Under the pieces are notes generated by a model. That model ran no database searches and was not told the DNA's origin. It worked only from the letters and a program-made list of their open reading frames with translations. DNA of 64,000 bases from assembly GCA_965202585.1 (NCBI GenBank), contig OZ241827.1, positions 22,692,001 to 22,756,000 of the forward strand, read 5' to 3'. This document shows, piece by piece, positions 37,501 to 49,111 of this stretch. The position numbers were made by a program, and so were the translations under genes. Each line of letters opens with the position of its first letter. The first letter of the stretch is position 1. This stretch comes from Thalia democratica. Its lineage: Eukaryota.

Positions 37501-39637
37501 CAGGTTAGTTGTTGAGAAAGTATCGTTCAAGACTGGCTAGCAGGACTTGAAAGATTTGTTCCGCCCCGTAGTTGAAGTGACGTACGCTGAAGCCCAACAG
37601 GGCGTCAGGAGAAAAGGGGTTTTGGAGTTCACAAGATTTGAACAAGGCAATGGGCGAGCTTGATGGAACTTAACATAAAGCTAGGAAGTTACGACCTTTG
37701 TACGTTGGCAGTAGGTGTCTACTGCAAAACCAGAGCGGTACCCATCAACGTAAATGTAACAGGAGTAAAGTTGTTATTGAGGTGCTTCCACATGATTAAT
37801 TTGTGGTAAGAACTAATGGCTTATGGAGATTTACGCGAAGGAATAGAAGGTTTTCGAGTGCGTGAAATTCAATCTCAACGAGTATCGATACAAGGCATTC
37901 AATTTTTGGCGTCAAGTTTAACCAAGCTAACAGGAGGATAATGGAAGTAATCAATGTTCTGATTCGCCCTCAACGTATTCAGAAGGTTCGAATGATGCCA
38001 GAATTGATAAGACAAATGAAGCTGATGGTAATTATAAGAACGGTAGGAACAACACACTACTGCTCTTATGAAAGAAAGTACAACTTGCTCTGCGTAGGCT
38101 AAAAGACTTTAATGTCCCAGGTCAAAATTGGTGCTATTAATAAAGCCAGAAGCGATTCACGTTAAATTGGATATGTTTAATTGTGTAGAGCTTAATTGTA
38201 ATGTTATTTTTTGTTGTAAAACAGTTATTTTATTCGTTTGTTTTGATTTTAAAAATCCTTTTTTTTATAGCGTTTTCTTTGGTTAAAGTCAATTGAATTT
38301 TATAAGTATATGCCATTTATTTCAGTTTTCAATAAATGAATTTTGTTACTTATCTAGATTCCCGCGTTTAAACTTTGTTTTACCTTAAGTTTATTTTTTC
38401 CTTAAATGAGCTGAAGGGGATGTAGAATTATTGAACTTTAGCTAATTTTAGTGTATATGTTTGTACTTGTTTTGTTTCAGACATTTACATTGTTATTAAG
38501 TTCAATTAATTAAACAAGGAGCTACTATTCAATGACAAATTTATTTTATCTTTATGATTGATTTTTTGTGTCAAATCGAACATTACTACTAAACACATAA
38601 AAAAGTTTAAAGTTACAGGTTTTAACAGATTTTATTAGCCTAAACTGTCAAATTCCAGGTTTTTCCAGGATTCCAGGTTTAGTGGCCACCCTGTTACTTA
38701 AACAAGAACAAACTGCTTTATGAGCTTGATGGAAAAATACAATAAATTTTAAACTTCTTCTGTTAGTATTTATATTAAGAAACTCAAAATTCCTAACTTT
38801 TTTTCATGCTTTCATCAGCTTTTTTTAGCAGTATTCTTTTTAGCTTAAAAAAAATCACCTGATTAAGTCTTAAACTCATTACTAAAGATATACATTATAA
38901 ATGATCTTAGTAAAAACAATTAAGTTCATCTCTGCTGTAAAAAACAACAATAAAATTGCAATTTTTTCACAAAATAACAAAAAGCTCAAATTAAAATGTT
39001 ACCTTCCAAACTATTTTTAAGAAAATTTTACACAAGATAACTAATTTATTCCGAAAACATTCCAACACTCACCCATAAACACGATTTCCTGAATTCCGTT
39101 CATGTTGTTGAGCGCGATCTTCGCAGGCGGCTCCGCGAACATGTTTCCCTTGATGGACGAGAAGTCGTTGTTGGACAAGTCGAGAAAATCGATGTCGCCC
39201 ATGTTCATACCGAGGAGCTTTTTCTCGTTCAGCTCGCATCCCCTCATCGTCACTTCTTTCAGGTTGGGGAATCGCCCCTTGGTGAAAAAGTCAGCGTGGA
39301 CGGACTTTATGGATATGCTTTCGGTTATGTGGATGCGCGACACCTCTTTGATGGCCTTCAGATTGAAGAACTTGTCGGTGACGCTGAGCGATATTTGGTC
39401 TTCGATGCCGAAATCGATCTCTTCCATGTACAGTTCTACGATTTTGTCTCCTTTAAGTGCTGCCGCAATTTGAGCGGCATTATTATTTTTAAAGTAATCT
39501 TTTTTGACAAAAAGCTGCCATGTGGGTTCAGCATTAGGATCATTTGTAGCAATCTTCTTCTTTTCCATATTTTCTGTTCCGTCAGCGTTGCAACAGGAAA
39601 TAAAAAGAAACGCAAACAGCAACAAACGTTTGATCAT
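34599..39637 (-). CDS. Signal peptide + LRR + LRRCT-like + multi-pass (4-5 TM) membrane protein, 415 aa; exons 39637-39073 and 35281-34599
   Basis: Exon 1: MIKRLLLFAFLFISCCNA (signal-peptide-like), LRR-like units FPNLKEVTMRGCEL and IDFLDLSNNDFSSI, ending ATG G|GTGAGT (phase 1). Exon 2 follows ttttttttcAG in phase 1, giving ...IVFMG|YRTGGGCVCD...YICTNP (CxC...CxxP, LRRCT-like) and four hydrophobic stretches. 565+683 = 1248 nt, in frame. The tracked 34599-35411 ORF starts at GTG and its first 43 codons lie in the intron. Confidence 0.8.
36600..38537 (+). mobile_element. Decayed Gypsy-like LTR retrotransposon remnant: protease, integrase C-terminal region, PPT and 3' LTR
   Basis: Aspartic-protease motif ALADTGA*SSL (DTGA at 36845-36856) followed by AANKIPINIVGAF. 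[17 protein letters not shown] RKLRPLYVGSRCLLQNQSG...VIEVLPHD*FVVR...TRRNRRF (about 37678-37855) and LALRRLKDFNVPG. Polypurine GAAGGGGA directly precedes TGTAG...TGACA (38421-38537, 117 bp). No 5' LTR seen. Confidence 0.75.
37173..37672 (+). pseudogene. SRSF4/5/6-like: Processed (intronless) pseudogene fragment of an SRSF4/5/6 (B52/SRp55-type) SR splicing factor
   Basis: MSSNNGTRVFISKL...FFKGFGEVRNINFKQGYGFVEFDDARNADDAV*EMN..ICGDRITVEH (RRM1), Gly/Arg/Tyr linker, then YRLVVEKVS..TG*QDLKDLFR..EVTYAEA...GVLEF...KAMGELDGT (RRM2 with the SWQDLKD motif disrupted). Stops at 37344-37346 and in the W codon, plus frameshifts. No RS domain. Confidence 0.92.
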
Positions 39638-41259
39638 GTTTTGTAATTAGTTTTCTGCAAAAAGAATTAGCTGAAATGGTTCTGTTTTTATCAAGTAAAA
39701 CGTTTGAACTTTGGTGCTGCTTCAGTACTTTAAAAGGTATATTTAAAAAAACATAGTTTATTTTTTGTATCAGTTTTGAAAAATCGCATAAAAACTTAAT
39801 ATAGGAAAATTAGTTAGTAATAATGAATTCAGTGTTTTTCCGCTGCAGTATGCTATAGTATCTTAATGCTTTTTTTTAAGTTTTAATACAGTTTTCAAAA
39901 AACCTTTAATTTTACCAACATTAAATTTATTTAAACAAATATCCGTTACAAATCAAGATAGAAAGTGTAATAAACAGTATTGATTTATAAAAAACAGTCT
40001 CATTAAAAACAATAAAAAAACCTTTTAACTACTTATTTGTACTACTTAAAGATATTTTTTTTAATAAAACATGATTTACACACTTTAATAATTTAACATG
40101 TTTTGGAAAAGTATGCATATATGTTCTTTTAAACCTGACTGCTTAAAAATTATATGTGAACTAAAAGCTGTTATGTTCATTTTGATAATTTTAGTATTAA
40201 AAACTATTAACTATCCTAAGATATGTAACAATAGGAAAATAATAATAAAATCACTGCTAATTTCTGTATCAAAACTTGTTAGTTTAAAAAAATAAAACGG
40301 CTATTATTTGAAGATGTAGCACATTTGTTTAACTTTTGTTTGATGTCTGCAAGCAAGTAATTTTACAATGAATATTAATTTCAAATCTATTTAAAAAAAA
40401 GGTAATTTTTGTTTACTCTTAAAAGTCGAATTTTTATAAGTTATATTACTACTTCATAAATTTACTTTAATATTGTAACTTAAAGAATAAACTAAAACCG
40501 TTAACAAGTAGTTTTTTTTTTTTTGCTTTTGTTACAATTGAAAATAAACTGTATCTTTGCTTAGTAACGCTAACTAGGTTTTTTCTTTAACTTCTTATAA
40601 TTAAAACTTATTACAACTAATTACCTCTTTTGTTTTGAAACTGCTTAGAAAGTAATTCAATGGATACTTTGTTTATAGATTACGTTACATAAGTAAAAGA
40701 TAAGTATAAACTTACCTGCAGTCTATTCAATGCAGTCTTTTAAACTGTAAAATATTAACGTACTGATTATATTAATCCTACATTGTTGATTTTTACAGTA
40801 ATATTTTAGCAATGAAAGCAATCTATGTTTTTTATTTTTCTTGAGTTTGATAATTTTACTATAAAGGTATGTATGTGTATTTTTAAAGATATTTAGATTG
40901 TTTTTTCAACTTCATGATATAATATTACAATTATGGAAATTTGGTGCAAAATATATATTGAAAAGTTTTTTAGACTAAAAAGAAAGGCTGTTTTTACAGT
41001 TATAGAAAATTTTAAACTTTCAAACAGCTTTAAAAAACAACTAACTCTTTATTCTCACAAAAAATGTCAAAATATTTTAAGCTGTATTAATAAAACTATA
41101 ATTTGATTAAAATTTATTTTAATAAAACTATTATTTGTCAAAAAAAACGTATAAGTCTTTTCTAATGGTGAAAAGAATTCTTAATGCTTAAAAAGCTTAA
41201 TTTTTCAGTTTATGTAATTTTTACACAAGCTTTTATTAAATTTAGAAAATATATATAAA

Positions 41260-41900
41260 TTTAGCTACTCAAATCATCATAAATTTTGAAATAAAACTTA
41301 AAGCTCCACCTAAAATGCTAGTTTGAAATGAATAAGTTGGTGATAAGTAAACTTAATTAATGTATAATTAAATTGAAGTTTTCTTATTTAATTAATTTTC
41401 ATTAAAATACTAAGCTGCAAAAGTAAGCTTAAGGTTTAATAAATCTTATGCTGTTAAACTGTTAAGTTTAAGGATGAGCAAATCCATTGTTGTGTTCTTT
41501 AACAACAGTACGTCAATTTTTATTAAAATAATTTAACTGAGTTGGTAAATTCGGCAACTTTCATGTATTTAATAATTAGTAAAAAACTAAAGAACGAAAT
41601 AAAAAAAACTACTATGCCCAACTATAAACTTTAAAAATAGTGTTAATAAAATGATACAGCATGTACTAAAAAAAGATTAAAAAAACAAAATTAAATGTGT
41701 ACAAAATGACGTGTAATAATACTTAATAAGATTTTTATATTGAAGCTTTGGAAAAATTTATTAAAAAAAAACCGAATATAATATCAACTACTTGGATCAT
41801 CTTTAATACTGAAATAAAACTTAAAGCTCAACCGTAAATGATAGTTTGTGATAAGTAAACTTGATTACTGTATAATGGGATTAAAGTTTTTTTAATTGAA
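41260..41900. repeat. Diverged direct repeat, about 130 bp (about 41260-41400 and 41785-41900)
   Basis: Both copies share ATCAT, TGAAATAAAACTTAAAGCTC and GTGATAAGTAAACTT in the same order. Confidence 0.7.
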
Positions 41901-42886
41901 CTAGTTATTTGAACTACTTAATTTGAATTAGTTATTAAAAAATGCTAAGTTTTGGAATTTAACAAATAAATCTGAATTTAAAATAAGAATAATCGATTGC
42001 AGTAATTTAATTAAAGAAAATCATTAGGCTAAAATTGTAAACTTTTGTGATAGTTCCAAAATACTTTTAATTTTTTTATACAATTCTATTTTATATTATC
42101 AGCGTAAAATGGTAGAATATAAGCAAAAATAAAGCTAGATTCATTTCATGGTATCTCATCGTATTATAAGGCTTGTGATATCAAAATTTATTTCTTATTA
42201 GGTTTTAACCTACTTAATTCAGCTAAGTTTAGAAAAGGAACACTTTTTCATATATACCATAGACTTTGTTGTAAAAAATAAAACTACAACAAATAATTCA
42301 AAGGTTATAACAAAGCATTTTTGCGCGAAATTTGATGGACATACTTTTATAGATTATTTAATTTTTCAAGATTTTATAAAGTTTTTAGTTACTAAATAAT
42401 TATTATTTCATTTCAAATATTACTATTTTATCAAATTAACCTATACATGGTCATACTGCCATTAAAATTTAATCTTTATAATTAGAATTTTATCTAACTT
42501 CACTTCTAGTTATCTTCAGTTTATAACAATTAAAGTAGCTTAAAATCTGCTTGAAACGCGCTTAATTGAGCTTATTAAAATGAAAATTATAAAAACTTTA
42601 ATCCTATTAAAAATCAAACTGACAGTTTGAAAACTGGAACATACAAAAATAAGTATATTAACTTATCTCAAACTACTATACACAAATAATTCAAATTTAT
42701 ATTTGCTTTTAAGTGTATAAACACTTTATTGAAAAAGTTTAACATTTTTTTAGTAACTAACCAAGAAATAAAACATTTTGAATGAATACTAATAAAAAAG
42801 ACTTGTGCAAACAAAACAACAAGTTGTACAAGATTGACACTCTTTTAGTCAAAAACTATCTTAAGTGACCTTAAAATATGCGGAAA

Positions 42887-43116
42887 GTATACTTAAACAT
42901 CAGTCTTATTTGCATATTTGCCGAGTCAGGAAATTTTTCAATTTTTTTTATTTACTTTTTAATTTTACAGTTATCCTTAATCCACCTTACCAAAACATTT
43001 TAAAAATCATTCAAAAAATAAAGTTTTAATAATAAAACTTCGAAATAACATAATGAAAAAGTTTTTTTTTTTGCAGGCTCAGCAAGTATGCAAATTGGAC
43101 TAACTTTTAAGTATAC
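42887..43116. repeat. Small inverted-repeat element (39-bp arms, 32/39 identical), probably an old MITE
   Basis: Arm 42887-42925 (GTATACTTAAACATCAGTCTTATTTGCATATTTGCCGAG) matches the reverse complement of 43078-43116. Confidence 0.7.
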
Positions 43117-43820
43117 TAGCAAAGTATCTTTACTCATCCTGGGTTTTTTGAAATAAAAAAAAAAACTTCTAATGCAGCTACTTATAGCTTATGTTCATTT
43201 CTCTTCTAAAAAAAATAAAAGTCATGTATATGATTCTACATTAAATGTTTAAATAAATATAGTTATATAAAATACCAAAATATTTAAAATAGATCAACTA
43301 AATATCATTCAAGGTCGAGAAAAAAAAAATTGTTTTGAGATTTAAAAAATCTTAAAACTGTCCTGAGTGTTTGATAAAAAACAAAACTAACCTAAGTTAA
43401 AAAAATATTTTCCTAAATTTTCTTATGTCATTGTAATATTTTTAGAAGTTTCAAAATATTTTGAGTGTGTGGCAACCCTGGTTGTATTAAAGACCATATA
43501 CTTTTATTTTAGAAGTAAAAAACAAACAAACTTAAACAACAAAAGTAGATTTTAATCTTGAATTTTCGTTTAAAAAAGTAAAAACAAAAAAAAAAATATT
43601 CAATTTTTTTTCTTTAATCACTTGTAAACATCAAAAAATATTTAAAAATGTTATGCTATCAATTTTTAGCCGGTTTGTACAACTTTTAATAAATAATACA
43701 ATTTTTACAATTTGTGATGATATAAAGCTTTTCAAAATATAATTAAATTTTCTGAAAACAATTATTAATTAAATATAAATTAAAGTTTTTATTAGTTTTT
43801 TTCCATTTTTTTTCTAAATA

Positions 43821-44165
43821 CAAGATTGCCACTCGTTTTTTCAAAAATTTTTCCAGGTTTTTAAAAGTACACATTTTTGGGTCTATTTTTAGTTTATAGT
43901 TAAGTTTAAGGTAAAAAGCTGTGTTAAACAGTATAAAAACATTGAATTGATACTATAAAGCTACTTTAAATATGTTTTTTAATAAAAAAAAAATTGATGG
44001 TAACAAACTTTTTTTATTTTTATAATAGACATTTTCTTTTTCAGTTAAATCGAAATTTTACTACTGAACATGTGAAAATTGTTAAAATCCAGATTTTCCA
44101 GGTTTTTTTTCTAAATTTCCCAAATTCCAGATTTTTCCAGGATTCCAGGTAAAGTGGAAACCCTG
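43821..44165. mobile_element. MITE, CAGGGTTGCC TIR family
   Basis: TIRs CAAGATTGCCAC / GTGGAAACCCTG; flanks TAAATA / TAAATT; internal TTCCAGG repeats. Confidence 0.75.
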
Positions 44166-47100
44166 TAAATTAATAAAACTATAAAAAAAAATAGCAAAAC
44201 AAAAACAATAATTAAAAGGTACTTTAATATTCTAAATAAAGATATACATAATCTTATAAACAAGAAGTGAAAATTTTTGTATATTTGAAAGTGGTGAGCA
44301 CTCTGTAAAAATTAGAAAATGTATTGTTTACCGTTGTTTCTTTGAGACCAAAAATCTAGCCTGAGTTTATGATACAATTCAATAAATATATCAATTTAAA
44401 ATTTTGAAGATACCTAAAATAATAAAATGATTTAATCAAAACACAATTTTTGAGAAAAAAATTAAAGTTAAAGAAAAGGCCTGAGATTGAGGAAAATTTT
44501 TACCTAAAATAGCCTGAGTTATGTAAAAATTTTATTCAAAAAGCCTGAATTTTACAAAAGTTCAAACTAGCCAAGATATTTTGAGTAGCCTGAGTGTGTG
44601 GCAAGCCTGCTATAGTTTTTATGTCATGTAATTTTTATCTCAAATTAAGATTAGAAAGAGAGTATTTTCTATATCAAAAGTTATACCCTGATTGTCTAAT
44701 TTTTTTTTATAACATTAATAAATCAGTCAAGTAGTACATAAACTTTAATAGGGTTTTATTAATAAAATTAGTTTATTTAAAGTAAAAATATAATTTTATT
44801 TTAGTTTTAGTTATACTAAATATTCAATGTTTTTCAAAATTAATAAAATTTATTCTTAATAACCAAGCTGTAGAACTGAACAAATCTTTACATATTTTGA
44901 ATAGTAGCTAATCTTATTTTTGCTGCAGCTTTATATGTTTCTCATAAAAAAAAAAAAAATATTAACATAAAATTTCTTCTAAAGTTCTACTTAAACTGTT
45001 AATTTGTATTATGCTTAACTTTTCTTTTGTCTATTTGAGGCGTGAACTCTGTTTTGGATTTATAAATTTATGACTATAAGGGTAGACAAATTTTTAATGA
45101 CTGAACTAAATACTACAAGAAAATATAGTTAAAACTGATTTGCTAACAACTACTAATATTCATATGCGAAAGAGCCAGTAGGCATTTCATATAGTAAAAA
45201 ATGGCTTCTATGTTAAATAGAGCAGGGTTATTTTTTGAGGGCCACAGCTGAGTTTACAAATTGCCAGTTAAATAGTTCCGAACCGAATGCTTAATAAGCT
45301 ATTGTTTGTATTTTTGAACCTAAGATATAATGCAGTACGCTCTCACTCAACACTTTCAGCTAAAGATCATAGTTTACTCAAAAATTAACTGATGAAGGCT
45401 ATAAAAAAAAAAGCTGTAAACTCTGTTATCTACAAATTCTAAGAGCCTCTGTTTATATAAAATTTGGCTTTTATTTATTTGAAGTTTAAATTAATAAAAC
45501 TTTTTTTTTTTTTTTTTTGTTTATATGTTTCGGTAAACAAGGTTTAGGGGTAGGGGTTTAGATTTTGGAAAAATTTTTTGGATTTTGGAACAGCCGTATT
45601 TTTTATTTACCTCATTTTCATGTTATAATGGTTAATAAATACAAACCTTACTTCTGTAGCCTACTTTGCTTATAGTATTTGTGTCTTTAAAAACTGTCTA
45701 GTTTTAAGTTATAACAAAAATTATAAAAATATCTATTTTCAAAATCTATATCTTGGTCTTTTAAACACTACTTTGGGTAAAAACAAAAATATTAACTTTA
45801 TTTTATTTATATTTTGCTTTTCGTAGCAATTTGACTTTTAAACTTTGATTTTTAATTATTTTATCTCTAAAACCTAAGACTTGTGTTTCTGTCTGTAGGT
45901 TTAACTGCAGTAGTGAAGTTTTTAAGTGTTTTGCCATGATAATATTATGCAAATGAGGTAAAGTAATAACACGCAGCGCAACGCATTAAAAACATAGAAA
46001 CCCCTATCTTTAACCTAAATTTTTATCTAAACTCATATTCCTAACCCACTTTGCCCTAGCATATAGCAAATAAAAAAGAAAGTATTGAATTAAGTTTTAA
46101 ATAAAAGAAGCCAAATATAACTAACCTGAAGCGCCTTAGAATTTGCAGCTGACAGGACAGTCAACTGTAAAGTGTAAAATTTGTTCAAGTTTTTATTTTA
46201 AAGAAAGTCCCTATCATGACACTAACTTTAGATGCTACTAAAAATTGAAAAGTTATTTCAAAGACAAAAACTTTCACAGTTTATTAAATTTTTCATGGCA
46301 AATCCACTAACTGACATAGTTTGTACAATTGTTTACAAACTAAGGTTAAAAACTTAACAGATTATTTCATAAAAATTTTTTTCTAAACAAACAATAGTAT
46401 ACAAACATAAGTAAACAAAAACTAACAAAAGTAGCATTAAATATTGAAAGTTTGTGTTCAGGTATTAACCTCAAAATAAACGCTTAATAATTTATTTTAA
46501 GTCTTATATTTAAAGTTGATAAACTGCATAATTATTAAAAACAAATTTTATTCAACATCTCAATAAAAGATTTTTATTAAAGATAGAGTTAAATTTCTAG
46601 CTTATTAGGGATTGACAATTATCTTTCTGAGCTAAGATAGCCTGGCTAAATTAAGAAAAAATTGAGTTATCTTTTAGTTTAGGAACGTATATTTTACTTA
46701 TTAAATTTATTATTTTCAGAGGTACTTTTTGACATTATATTCAATTTTTTATGTTAGCAGGACAACTAATTTATAAAAAAAACTAATAAAAATTAGTATT
46801 AAAAAAACCAAGAAAAATAAATAAAGATAAATAAATAATTAAAAAAAAATAAAAAAGTTACTGACTAAGGGTAAGGGGTAACAGTGATGGTAAAAGTAAA
46901 AAAAAAATACAAATTATAACCAAGAAAAAAATAAGTTAAAACTTTTCAAAAAATATTAAATACACACTATAAAATAATTGAAGCTAAATAATTTAATTAA
47001 TTTGAATCTAAAAGTTTTGTTTTCAATACTAGGTAAAATGTGTATACATTAATGTAACATAAACAGTACTGGACAAAAAAGGTAATAATCAAGAGAAGAT

Positions 47101-49111
47101 TTGCAATCCTTAAAAGTATTTCATAGTTAACTTCACTGGAATATTCATCTACTATCATGGCCTAAGCCTAAACAGATAAATTTAAAATTGTCAGTTAAAA
47201 AGGCTGTTTATCAAAATAACTAAGTATGTTGACTGGTATTCAATGATAATTTGTAATAAGTTGATACTATTATATATGGCCAACTTTATATGCATTGCAC
47301 TTTCAACTGTTACAAACAGTCACTAATTTGATTACTATAATATGTATTACAAATATCTTAAAAATTATTAGTATACTGATTAAACAAAAGACTTAAATTA
47401 TAAAATAGTAAAATTACAGTAATCAGCTTATGTTTGTTATATACGACAAATGTTATTCTGTATTATCAGCTTATCAGTTGTAAACAAAACACAGAATGAT
47501 CTAAAGTATTTATAGCATAAAAGTAAGTAAAATACAAATAAAGATTAATTAATTAGTGTTTAACAATTCAGTAATTGGTAAATCATAAAATTAATAAAAT
47601 TTTATTAAGTTTTAAAATATCTAGAATATCTTGTTTGTAATTCTGTTTTTAAGCTTAAAACACTTTTAGTAATATTTAAGTAATTATCAAAATCCAGAGT
47701 AATGCTGTAAATTAAAACCTTTTTTTAACTTTAAAAATTTCGACTAAAGTATACAGCAAATAAATAAATATGTAAAATAAATCATTAAGCTTGTAATGAT
47801 TTGCAGTTGTGGTATTGCTCCGTATATTAAAAAAAGATAAGGAAAGTTTAAGTTGTTATTCTACATTTTTGAGATAAGACTTTTATAGACATATATAAAT
47901 GTTTTACTCTTAGGTTACATAGAGCCAAAAGTTAAAAAAAAACTGCTATAAAATTTGACCAAATAAATTGATCCAGCTATCAATAGATTATTTATATAGC
48001 TTTTATAAAAAGTATTTTTTAGTCATGATTTATTTCTATTTCTGCTTATGCTAAGCTGAATAAATTTTTAAAACTTTTCTGAAAACGCTTTCTACACTAG
48101 ATTCATATAAAAGATTATCTTTAAAAATAACAAGAACTGGTTACATATAAAATTTATTAAAAAAATAACACTAGTTTTCCAACAAATTTCTGTTGGAGCT
48201 CGTGTACTGTTACTTATACACTATTTTTATGTAAAAGTAAAAGTTTTTCTATTTATTCTTATAAAGATAAGCTTAACACAGAATTTATTAATAATCATAC
48301 TAGGTTATGGATACTTAAAAGTTTAAACATTTTTAATATTATATGTTTTGGTTTTAAGAAAACAAATAAAGAAATCTCAACAACTGGAGGAGAAATAATG
48401 AAATTATTATTTCAAGAATTTATTTTAAAAACTAATACATTTTTGATATTAATAATTATTTTATACTTTTTGTGCTTACAAAATTAACTGAGTTAATCCC
48501 AGCACAGTTTTTGAACAATTTTGGTTTTAAATAAGGATTACTGTAAATATAGAATTTAAATACACAATGATTGTTGTCATTTTTGATGCATAATTTTAAT
48601 GTACCAATGTTAAACAAAGGGTATAGATATTTATATATTTAAAAGCTTTAATATTTACATGGTATTTCAAAATAAAAACAACATTGTGTATATATCAAAA
48701 TACAACCTAAGTTTTTAATTAAATAGTCTTTTTAAAATCATTTAATTACATTCTATCTTTCCATTTAGTTTTCCTTCGACTTACTCAAAAAAAATTTTCT
48801 TTCTGATAAGAGTAACATAAAATTACTTTTTGAGATTTTTTGATTTCTAAGCTATTGAATATTACTAATTCAAGTTTTAAAGTTTGTTTGATACTTGGTA
48901 CATATTTATTAAATGATTCTTTACTTTTTAAGTTATGAAATTATCTTTACAAACATAGTTAACTTCTATCTGAGACCATTATTTGTTTTTGCAACATCAG
49001 TAAATACAAAAAAAAGACAAATGTAAATCACTTAATCGGCCTTAGTAATCAAATTCCAATTAATTTTGATCTTAAGCAATATTCTTCGTTGTTCAGATCT
49101 ATATAATAAAA

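Larger units (their letters stand above)
36334..38693. mobile_element. CAGGGT-TIR MITE split by an inserted LTR-retrotransposon remnant
   Basis: TIRs CAGGGTAGCCAC / GTGGCCACCCTG with a perfect 6-bp TSD TTACTT. The left (about 36334-36540) and right (about 38538-38693) halves match the two halves of the intact copy at 43821-44165. Confidence 0.8.
40716..46164 (-). other. Candidate 5'UTR micro-exons of the LRR-TM gene (46164-46126, 40744-40716)
   Basis: ttttacactttacAG|39 nt|GTTAGT and attttacAG|29 nt|GTAAGT. An acceptor (tctttttgcAG) lies 17 nt before the ATG at 39637. Confidence 0.4.

Noticed and set aside
45541-46060. GGTTTAGGGGTAGGGGTTTAG and TAACC-like motifs as interstitial telomere repeats
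   Set aside because: Only two or three imperfect units are present, with no tandem array.
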